Shown in pieces: positions 51,050 through 58,826 of a stretch of DNA of 59,984 nucleotides. Source of the DNA: a virus (Duplodnaviria > Caudoviricetes); the IMG/VR virus record IMGVR_UViG_3300022602_000102, positions 1-59,984 of that record, one strand, 5' to 3'. Below the pieces are notes generated by a model. It saw nothing but the letters and a program-made list of their open reading frames with translations, did no database searches and was not told the DNA's origin. Made by a program: the position numbers and the translations under genes. Position 1 is the stretch's first letter. Each line of letters starts with the position of its first letter.

Positions 51050-51475
51050 ATGTCTTGGTACTATAACAATGAAATCGTTGAATCGCTTCCGGAAGAATGT
51101 GTTGGGTTTGTATATTTGATAACAAACATGACTTCTGGGCGTATGTACATAGGCAAAAAATTAGCAAAATTCTCAAAAACTACTTACAAAACAGTAAAAC
51201 TCAAGAACGGCACTAAGAAGAAAAAGAAAATCCGTAGCAAAATTGATTCAGACTGGCGGGACTATTACGGTAGTTCGCCTGAATTAACCAAGGATGTTAC
51301 GCAGTTAGGTACAGAAAATTTTCGCAGAGAAATACTTTTCTATTGTAAATCAAAGGCAGAGTGTAGTTATATCGAAGCTCGTGAACAGTTTTCACGCAGA
51401 GTTCTTGAATCCGATCTCTATTATAATGGTCATATTCAAGTGCGTGTACATGGTTCACATATACTCAAGTCCTAA
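51050..51475 (+). CDS. Small GIY-YIG nuclease (single catalytic domain, endonuclease II-like)
   Basis: GFVYLITN..SGRMYIGKK, SDWRDYYGSS, FRREIL, YIEAREQ, YYNG; Lys-rich insertion. Confidence 0.78.
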   Translation: MSWYYNNEIVESLPEECVGFVYLITNMTSGRMYIGKKLAKFSKTTYKTVKLKNGTKKKKKIRSKIDSDWRDYYGSSPELTKDVTQLGTENFRREILFYCKSKAECSYIEAREQFSRRVLESDLYYNGHIQVRVHGSHILKS

Positions 51476-51955
51476 TAATTCAGGCCGTTTAATCACCAAA
51501 TAAGCCCGCACTGGCGTTGTTAAAGTGCCCGAAATCCGTTCTGATGTGTGACGGTAAGGTAGTTCTGCTTGGTGACAGAGTTATACATTACTATCCTTTA
51601 CAGGACGATGATCAGATACGCCGCTAACTGGTTTAATGTGTAAGTAGTTGAGAATAAGGCTAAAAGAGGGGTAGTAGCCCCACGGTTTAATATGTGTTAG
51701 CGTATGTATTAAGCCCGCCGTCATATAAAGACATAGCTCGTGGTACCGGATGACCGCCACTGTAATGCTATAACGCTAAGGTGATATTGTGCAACTCAGA
51801 TAATGTCCATTTCGCTTTGCCCGCCAGGGCAAAGTGTGACTGAACAATCTAGATAATATCTTAACGCTTCGCGTTTTAATTAAAAGATTAACTACTCCTT
51901 AATAGTTCGAGCTCAAGCGAAGAACAGAAGAACGCAAGTTCTTCTTCCAGTACTA
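51476..51955 (+). ncRNA. Candidate large structured non-coding RNA, family unknown
   Basis: ~480-nt gap without a credible ORF; more than 12 helices, G-U pairs favouring the + strand, GCAA tetraloop, two possible loop-strand pseudoknots. Confidence 0.65.
51926..51945 (+). terminator. Hairpin AGAAGAAC-GCAA-GTTCTTCT, possible terminator or RNA 3' end
   Basis: Perfect 8-bp stem with GNRA loop just before the next late promoter; U-tract weak. Confidence 0.4.
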
Positions 51956-51963
51956 GATAAATA
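51956..51963 (+). promoter_or_regulatory. Putative late promoter GATAAATA
   Basis: 18 nt upstream of ATG 51982. Confidence 0.6.
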
Positions 51964-51981
51964 TCACATAGGAAACAACAA

Positions 51982-52992
51982 ATGCGTGTTATTGACATTA
52001 TAAGCCAAGATCTCAATGAGGGTAAAATCAGTACTCCTGTTGAGTTTATATGGGATTTATTTTTAAAATCTGAAGGACGTGCGGCTGCTCGAGAAGCAGT
52101 TGCGGCTACTGAAGCAGTTACCAAAGCGGCTGTTAAAAAAGGTGCTCCGTTAACTCCGGCAGAAATGGAACGTCTTGGCATTAAACCTGAACTACGTAAT
52201 AATCCTCAATGGACTAGACAAACCGAAGACAATGTTCGTATAGAGCTGGCCAAACGTGCTCCTAAACCTAAACCAATTAAAGAACCTAAGGCAACTGCCA
52301 AACCAACTACGGTCAAAGGTGCTCTCTCAGCCGCTGGTCTTTGGACTAACAAGGCCACAAGTCTGCTGAGCAAATTGGCCGCAGTGGGCATCAGTGTTGC
52401 TCCTTTTTATACCTACAACGAGAGAGTTGACATGTGGAAGGCCAAATTAGATGCAGGCGAATTACCAGGTGGACAAACACAGTTTGAAGAACTACGTCAA
52501 AAAGAAATGAGCATTGCTATTGCTACCTTTGCGGCCAGCTTAACTGGATTTTTTGCCATCAAGAGTGTTGGCCGTGGATCTAGTTGGTTGCTAGGATGGA
52601 TTCCAGGATTTAAACCTCTAATGAGTGTGGGCACAACTGTAGGCGGTGTTGCCCTAGAAGAATGGTTGCGTGGAGATGAAGGACGTAAATTGATTGCTCG
52701 AGCATTTGCCGAAGAAATATTCAAGTTGGACGAAATACTTGGTGCACCTGTTATACACGCAATAGATTTGTTTAAAGATAAAATTAAAGATGTTGTACCA
52801 CAAGCTGACAATAATATACGCAGTGACACTACATTGACTCCTGCAGACAAGGCTAGAATTGATGCTACCAGTGCTAAAGAACCTGATCAAAGCATGCCCA
52901 GTACAGATCCTAAAACTCAAGAATATCTAAAAGCCTATGGGTTTAAACAAACTCCAGGAACAGGTGGCGGCTTTAATTTTAAAAAGAATTAA
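51982..52992 (+). CDS. Hypothetical late protein with hydrophobic helices
   Basis: 336-aa ORF with AGGA RBS and late promoter. Confidence 0.7.
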   Translation: MRVIDIISQDLNEGKISTPVEFIWDLFLKSEGRAAAREAVAATEAVTKAAVKKGAPLTPAEMERLGIKPELRNNPQWTRQTEDNVRIELAKRAPKPKPIKEPKATAKPTTVKGALSAAGLWTNKATSLLSKLAAVGISVAPFYTYNERVDMWKAKLDAGELPGGQTQFEELRQKEMSIAIATFAASLTGFFAIKSVGRGSSWLLGWIPGFKPLMSVGTTVGGVALEEWLRGDEGRKLIARAFAEEIFKLDEILGAPVIHAIDLFKDKIKDVVPQADNNIRSDTTLTPADKARIDATSAKEPDQSMPSTDPKTQEYLKAYGFKQTPGTGGGFNFKKN

Positions 52993-53228
52993 ATTAAAGG
53001 CATTTGACTATTTTTAGTCAGTTCAATATTTTCTTTTACAACTTCATACATAGCCTGGCGATCATCGTGGCTGTATCGATCCAGTAGGTCATTAACACTA
53101 ACTCCACCACGCATGTACCAACTGAGTCTGAATAATTCTTCTTTGAATTTTTTAATTTGTGTATCTAGCCTAACTAGATATTCAACTATAGACTCATTAT
53201 CCAGTCTAATTAGGCTTTCGCGAAAAAA
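52989..53228 (-). CDS. C-terminal frameshift extension of the gp26-like chaperone (gp51/gpT-like)
   Basis: Lies in the -1 frame of the upstream gene, entered at T_TTT_TTC (53228-53222); WYMRGG..DR...VKENIE. Confidence 0.65.
   Translation of the reverse strand, partial: FFRESLIRLDNESIVEYLVRLDTQIKKFKEELFRLSWYMRGGVSVNDLLDRYSHDDRQAMYEVVKENIELTKNSQMPLI
53167..53228 (-). other. Programmed -1 ribosomal frameshift signal
   Basis: Heptamer T TTT TTC, 5-nt spacer, 12-bp stem AGCCUAAUUAGA/UCUAGUUAGGCU. Confidence 0.7.
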
Positions 53229-54037
53229 CTTGATTCGTCTAGTTCCAAGTAAACTGAATTCTTTTCGCCACATGAATCGCAAACACCTTCAAAAGGAGGA
53301 GCTCGCATGCTGGATCTATTTTTTTCAAACTGTAGTTTAATACGATCAAATATTTCTTTATCGCAATTGATCATGAATTCTTCAATAAATTCACGTTCAG
53401 TAACTGTCTTGTCTGCAATTTCAACACTTTCAACACTGCTGGTAAAAATTTGATTTTGTAACACACCTAATTCTTTAAACAGTTCTTGGATTATAGCTGT
53501 TTGCTCTTCTTCATTTTCCAGTGCGCTGGCCTGTGCAAGACGTCTTTGTAAATGATAATTTTTAAGATTGTATTCAGTGGCCTGTTTGTAAGTCAACGGT
53601 TGAAGATTAATAGTCAATTGTTCGCACACAACTTTACCATCATATGCAAATGTCTTGAAATGTTCAATGATTTTGCTAAGATCCAAGGTGTATTCATTTT
53701 CAGTTTTGCAACTAGGACAAGTATGACCAATGGTTATCTCATTGCCGTAGGTAGCAATGCGTATGGCGGCCAGCACAGCTTCAAGATCTAGACTACTTAG
53801 TGCCCAAGCATCTTTGATTGCAGGACAACAACTTTGAATTACACGCACTGTACTTTCGCCAGTCATTAAACTGTCTGGAGTTTTTACAATAATTTCGTCC
53901 ATGCCAGTCATACCAAACACGGGCATATTGGTAACATCTCCTTGCAATGTGCCTAGTTGATTAAAGACTCCTTGGCTGGGAAGTCCAATATAGACTTTAG
54001 GCTGTCTAAAGTACTGCTGTAAAGGATTTGTGGGCAT
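53210..54037 (-). CDS. gp26: Baseplate hub / tail assembly chaperone (T4 gp26-like)
   Basis: LPSQG, MT..DE, DL...L.AIRIATYG, CPSC and CDSC Cys pairs, ends SFF; next to the tape-measure-like gene. Confidence 0.7.
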   Translation of the reverse strand: MPTNPLQQYFRQPKVYIGLPSQGVFNQLGTLQGDVTNMPVFGMTGMDEIIVKTPDSLMTGESTVRVIQSCCPAIKDAWALSSLDLEAVLAAIRIATYGNEITIGHTCPSCKTENEYTLDLSKIIEHFKTFAYDGKVVCEQLTINLQPLTYKQATEYNLKNYHLQRRLAQASALENEEEQTAIIQELFKELGVLQNQIFTSSVESVEIADKTVTEREFIEEFMINCDKEIFDRIKLQFEKNRSSMRAPPFEGVCDSCGEKNSVYLELDESSFFAKA

Positions 54038-54048
54038 TTTTAACTCCA

Positions 54049-54074
54049 GATAAATATACTGTATAGTATTTATA
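54049..54074. promoter_or_regulatory. Face-to-face late promoters: GATAAATA (+, 54049-56) and TATAAATA (-, 54067-74)
   Basis: Both motifs lie in the 62-nt gap between divergent genes. Confidence 0.6.
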
Positions 54075-54099
54075 TACGTATATTTTCAGGGATTTTTTT

Positions 54100-56712
54100 A
54101 TGGCCAATGAACCGCCGATTAGTAAAGAGGACATGCGACAACTGCTGAATCAGCAGGCTCAAATGTTAGCTGGTTTAATTAGAAGTAATACCAAAGACGG
54201 AAATACATCTTATACTCCGCCTACTTACAATCCTTACGACTATAGCTCAAGTGGCAGTTTGTTTAAGACTGCAACTACTGGTATTATTTCTGATCTTGGT
54301 AAATTAGGTGCGGGCACGTATGATGTATCGGCAGTATTAAAAGATGCTACCGGCATTGTTAGTGAATTTGGCACAGCAGGACAAATTACCGCACAACTAC
54401 TAGGTCAAGTTGGTCAAGGTGCTATTGGTGTTAACTTTGCCATGCAAGAAACTGCCAGATATGGCATGAGTTTTGGACTAAACATTGCAGGATTCAATGA
54501 AGCAATATTAAAAGCTGGACTAACTGTTCCTGAATTTGTAGGCATTGTACAACAAAGCAGTAGACAACTAACAGGTTTATTTGGTGGTGCTAGTACATCA
54601 GGTAAAGCATTTTTAGATCTGCTACAGGACTTTCAAAAATCTGAAGTAGCAAAAGATCTTAAAGAAGCCGGAGTACAAGGTAAAGAACTAGCAGATGCTA
54701 TGGTACTGCAAAGTTCTACAATGACATTTGCTAATCTTAAAGATGCAGATTCAAAAAGGTTAGTTTATATTGCTGCCGGTGGACTAGCAGAAGAACTACT
54801 TAAAGTTTCAGACCTAACAGGTAAAAATAGAAAACAACAAGAAACTGAACTACAAAATATACAAAGTAGAGCAGATGTACAGGCCGCAGTGCTTAAGAGC
54901 ATGAAAACAGATGCCGAATTTGGCACAAAATTAAACGAAGCTACAACAGCAATTGGTCCATTAGGACAACGAGCCCAGCAAGCACTGGCTGAAATTGCCA
55001 CAGCTGGATCGGTACATACACCTGCATTGATAGAATACATGGCCAGCTTAGGTCCTGCTGGTGATCAAATAGAACAGTTAGGTCTAGCTGTTAAAAATGG
55101 TACAGTAGCTCAAGTAAAAGGTATGGAAGCTACAGCAAGAGCCGCTGTAGTTACAGAAATGACATCGGATCAGTATCTGGACAACATGAGTTTCATGAAT
55201 GGTTCTATACTTGGCGCTGGTAAAGATCTAAATGATGCCAACAGTTATCTCAAAGCGGTGCAGGGCGAACGATTAAGACTAGCTGAAGAAGAATCTAAAG
55301 CTACTGGTAAGAAAATTAGTTTAGATCAAATCGATGTGGCTCGTGCTGAAAAAAGTTTAATAGATAAAGGAGAGCTTGATCGCAAGGGTAAAGTACTTAA
55401 ACCATCTGGTGATATTGAAGATGATCCAAGAGCGGCTTTGGCTAAAACACTTAATAATTTAAATCAAATAGGTAAAGCTGCCAGTGGTGTAACAGCTGGT
55501 ATGTTTGATGAACTGAATACTCAACTGAGTACTGTGAATAAAGAAGGATTAACTAATTTTAATAATACACTTAAAAAATTAAGCGATCCTGCAAGCCTAA
55601 GCGGTGATCTTAAAGATTCCATAGATGGTCTAAGACGAGATATTCTTACAGCCGCTGGTATTAAACCTGCAACTAGAACACCTGGCACCAATGACTTATT
55701 AATTAATACACCAACTCCTAAGAAAGAAACTGGCAGTCCAGGTACTGTAGGCAGTATGGTAGAAGACTTTGGCAAAGGAACTTTGATTGAAACACACGGT
55801 CGTGAAGGCGTACTTACAGAACAACAACAGCTAAACCTAGTTCGCGGTAGTGTAGATACTGGTTCAAAGGATGCATTTGCCAATATGCAACGAACTTTAA
55901 CTGCTATGATCAGTAGTTTTAGCAATAAAGAACCTAGTGCTAATCCCGAAACTAGAGAAACTGTTAAAATTGATAGTGATGTGCTGGCAGACAAGATCAA
56001 TAATATTAAAGTACCCGATTTTACAGAACCATTAAATCAATTTATTAGTCAGTTTAGTAAAATAACTCCTCCTGATTTTTCTGAAGTAGAAGGGCATCTA
56101 ATTAAAGAGGCAAGTAACATCAAGTTCCCCGATCTTGCTCCTATATTCAATGATCTTACCAACAGAATGAGTCAGGTGCAGATCCCAGACTTTACAAAAC
56201 CATTGAATGATCTTACTAATCAAATAGGCACATTTGAAATACCCAATCCTGTTGAGCCAAATAGCGATGGCATAAAAGATTTGACCGGTAGAATGGAGTC
56301 AATTTTTAAACAGCTAGCTGGAGATTTTGATGCTACTATCAAAGGACCAGATAGATTAACGGATTTTCTTGATAAATCTAACATTAATACAGAAGAACTA
56401 AACAATCAGATCACTCAAATCAAAGCTCCTGATTTTAATAACCTTCCGGTGTTTAGAGATATACTGACTACACTAACTACAAATAAGACAGAAACGACAA
56501 CTAAGACAGAAACTGAAACTGCTAAACGCGAAGATACAGAAAGATTAGCTCCTGTACAGCGAGATGCTAGTCTAAAAGACGTAGTAGACCATTTAGATAA
56601 GTTAAATAAGAGCATAATGCAAATGGTAGGGCATACCGAGAAGCTAACAGACTATAGCAATAAGCAGATTAGAGCTACTCAGAGCTTGTCAAATAACCGC
56701 TTTGCCGTTTAA
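54100..56712 (+). CDS. Tape-measure-like protein
   Basis: 870 aa, Ala/Gly/Leu-rich helical composition; between the chaperone and portal genes; C-terminal PDF repeats. Confidence 0.55.
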   Translation: MANEPPISKEDMRQLLNQQAQMLAGLIRSNTKDGNTSYTPPTYNPYDYSSSGSLFKTATTGIISDLGKLGAGTYDVSAVLKDATGIVSEFGTAGQITAQLLGQVGQGAIGVNFAMQETARYGMSFGLNIAGFNEAILKAGLTVPEFVGIVQQSSRQLTGLFGGASTSGKAFLDLLQDFQKSEVAKDLKEAGVQGKELADAMVLQSSTMTFANLKDADSKRLVYIAAGGLAEELLKVSDLTGKNRKQQETELQNIQSRADVQAAVLKSMKTDAEFGTKLNEATTAIGPLGQRAQQALAEIATAGSVHTPALIEYMASLGPAGDQIEQLGLAVKNGTVAQVKGMEATARAAVVTEMTSDQYLDNMSFMNGSILGAGKDLNDANSYLKAVQGERLRLAEEESKATGKKISLDQIDVARAEKSLIDKGELDRKGKVLKPSGDIEDDPRAALAKTLNNLNQIGKAASGVTAGMFDELNTQLSTVNKEGLTNFNNTLKKLSDPASLSGDLKDSIDGLRRDILTAAGIKPATRTPGTNDLLINTPTPKKETGSPGTVGSMVEDFGKGTLIETHGREGVLTEQQQLNLVRGSVDTGSKDAFANMQRTLTAMISSFSNKEPSANPETRETVKIDSDVLADKINNIKVPDFTEPLNQFISQFSKITPPDFSEVEGHLIKEASNIKFPDLAPIFNDLTNRMSQVQIPDFTKPLNDLTNQIGTFEIPNPVEPNSDGIKDLTGRMESIFKQLAGDFDATIKGPDRLTDFLDKSNINTEELNNQITQIKAPDFNNLPVFRDILTTLTTNKTETTTKTETETAKREDTERLAPVQRDASLKDVVDHLDKLNKSIMQMVGHTEKLTDYSNKQIRATQSLSNNRFAV

Positions 56713-56723
56713 GGATAAACTAG

Positions 56724-58469
56724 ATGACTTGGAAAAAGTATTTTTCTCCGGTACAAACCACTGGACAACTCAGCACAATATCAGGACTTAACTCTGGTAA
56801 TCGTCCAGGCCCGGCTAGAACTAATTATTCCAGCTATCTTCCTGACGTTTATACAGGTAGTCCAAATCGTATAGAGCGATATGCTCAATATGAAGTCATG
56901 GATTCGGATCCAGAAGTCAATGCGGCATTGGATATTCTAGCTGAGTTCTGTACACAAAAATTAAAAGATTCTAAAAGCCCATTTGCTGTTAAATGGCGTA
57001 GCAAAGCAACTAATGTAGAAGTTCGTGTGCTAGGTGAATATCTACAGCAATGGTGTAAATTGCAAAAGTTTGATACACGTATTTTTCGTATTGTACGTAA
57101 CGTATTCAAATATGGAGATGCGTTCTTTATCCGTGACCCAGAGAATCAAAAATGGTCTTGGGTAGATACTGCACAAGTTATCAAGGTCATTGTTAACGAA
57201 AGTGAAGGCAAAAAGCCAGAACAGTTTGTTATTAAGAATCTAGCACCCAACTTTGAAAATTTAGTTGCTACACAAATTACTCCAAACATAAATCCACGCA
57301 ATGCAGGCGGTGGTGTTGTTGTACCTGCTAGCGGATATACTGGATCAAGCGGTGCAAGTCAAGCTGGTGCTGGTGGCGCAAGCACTAGTTCAAGTAATCG
57401 TTTTGGATTACAGCAAACAGAGCATGCTATTAATTCAGAGCATGTAGTTCATTTGAGTTTAAGTGAAGGTTTAGATAACAATTATCCATTTGGCAATAGC
57501 TTATTAGAAAACATCTTTAAGGTCTACAAACAAAAAGAACTATTAGAAGATGCTATTCTTATCTATCGTATACAACGTGCTCCAGAACGTCGTGTTTTCC
57601 ATATTGACGTAGGTAATATGCCCAGTCACTTAGCCATGGCATTTGTGGAACGTGTTAAAAACGAAATACATCAACGCCGTATTCCTTCGCAAACAGGCGG
57701 AGGACAGAATGTCATAGACTCTGCATACAACCCTCTAAGCATTAACGAAGATTATTTCTTCCCTAAAACAGCAGACGGCAAAGGTTCCGACGTAACAATG
57801 CTAGAAGGCGGTAAGAATATTGGCGAAATTGACGACTTAAAGTACTTTACTAACAAGTTATTCCGTGGATTACGTATTCCAAGTAGCTATTTGCCTACAG
57901 GACAAGACGATAGTCAAAGTAATTTCAATGATGGTCGTGTAGGTACTGCTTACATTCAAGAGCTACGCTTTAACAAATACTGTGAACGACTACAAAGTTT
58001 ACTAACAGATGTATTTGATGAAGAGTTTAAAATGTTCATGCACAGCAAAGGCATGAATATCGACCCTGCGTTGTTTGAATTACAATTCAATCCTCCAATG
58101 AACTTTGCTAGTTCACGTCAAGCAACCATTGACGCAGAACGTATTAACACATTCAATACCATTGTTGCGGTACCATTTATGAGTAAACGCTTTGCTCTTA
58201 AACGATTCCTTGCCCTAACAGACGAAGAAGTAGCAGAAAACGAACGTTTATGGGCAGAAGAAAACGGTAAAGGACAGCCAACTACTACAGATAGTGCTGG
58301 AGAATTGCGTAGTGCAGGACTAAGTGCTGCCGGAATTGAAAATGACATGGGTGATGCTAGTGACATGACTGCTCCTGAAGATTTAACTGCTGAAGCAGGA
58401 GAAGGAGAAGAAGGCCAACAAAGTCCAGCGGCAATGCCACAGCCAGCAACTCCAGGTACTCCTACATAA
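56724..58469 (+). CDS. gp20: Portal vertex protein (T4 gp20-like)
   Basis: PEVNAALD, LLEDAILIYRIQRAPERRVFHIDVGNMP, EDYFFP, EIDDLKYF..KLFRGLRIP.S. Confidence 0.93.
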   Translation: MTWKKYFSPVQTTGQLSTISGLNSGNRPGPARTNYSSYLPDVYTGSPNRIERYAQYEVMDSDPEVNAALDILAEFCTQKLKDSKSPFAVKWRSKATNVEVRVLGEYLQQWCKLQKFDTRIFRIVRNVFKYGDAFFIRDPENQKWSWVDTAQVIKVIVNESEGKKPEQFVIKNLAPNFENLVATQITPNINPRNAGGGVVVPASGYTGSSGASQAGAGGASTSSSNRFGLQQTEHAINSEHVVHLSLSEGLDNNYPFGNSLLENIFKVYKQKELLEDAILIYRIQRAPERRVFHIDVGNMPSHLAMAFVERVKNEIHQRRIPSQTGGGQNVIDSAYNPLSINEDYFFPKTADGKGSDVTMLEGGKNIGEIDDLKYFTNKLFRGLRIPSSYLPTGQDDSQSNFNDGRVGTAYIQELRFNKYCERLQSLLTDVFDEEFKMFMHSKGMNIDPALFELQFNPPMNFASSRQATIDAERINTFNTIVAVPFMSKRFALKRFLALTDEEVAENERLWAEENGKGQPTTTDSAGELRSAGLSAAGIENDMGDASDMTAPEDLTAEAGEGEEGQQSPAAMPQPATPGTPT

Positions 58470-58476
58470 ATACAAT

Positions 58477-58719
58477 ATGATTTTAAGAGAATTGTTTTAT
58501 ATTGATCCTGATACTAGGCACATAGCCAACGATTTGCGCTATGAGCCAAGTCGCGATACGAGTCAATTGCATAGAAGTGATGCACGTAAGACAAGATTAA
58601 CCTTAAGACAACTTAATGAACTACGCAAAAGTAGTGAAGCACACATACTGGAACAGGAAAGTGAGTTAGAGTTTATTCACGCAATGTACGCAACTCCCGA
58701 GCCTGCACCAGCACAATAA
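58477..58719 (+). CDS. Small head-associated hypothetical protein
   Basis: 80 aa after the portal gene; RKTRLTLRQLNELRK; CATAAATA at 58465-58472. Confidence 0.65.
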   Translation: MILRELFYIDPDTRHIANDLRYEPSRDTSQLHRSDARKTRLTLRQLNELRKSSEAHILEQESELEFIHAMYATPEPAPAQ

Positions 58720-58723
58720 ATAA

Positions 58724-58747
58724 AAAACGGCCAAAACAGGCTGTTTT
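58724..58747 (+). terminator. Putative intrinsic terminator
   Basis: AAAACGGCC-AAAACA-GGCTGTTTT directly after the stop codon. Confidence 0.5.
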
Positions 58748-58826
58748 CATGCCTTATCTATACACTTTTTTAACAAAAGTGTAAATATAATACAGCCTTG
58801 TAACACAAATCACAGGAGAAATAAAC

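Noticed and set aside
51476-51955. tRNA, tmRNA, RNase P, hammerhead or group I intron identity for the structured region
   Set aside because: No cloverleaf or CCA end, no RNase P core recognised, CTGATGTG is not the hammerhead CUGANGA, and both flanking genes look complete; an Rfam search is still needed
51888-52181. Antisense and shadow ORFs in the track (e.g. 51888-52181, 1091-1528, 14701-15111, 49347-49919, 55521-56000, 58963-59397)
   Set aside because: They overlap well-supported genes on the other strand or frame and mirror their low-complexity codon patterns
53229-53282. Independent ATG start at 53282 for the downstream ORF
   Set aside because: It lies inside the gp26-like CDSC region with no convincing RBS; the frameshift signal explains the frame better
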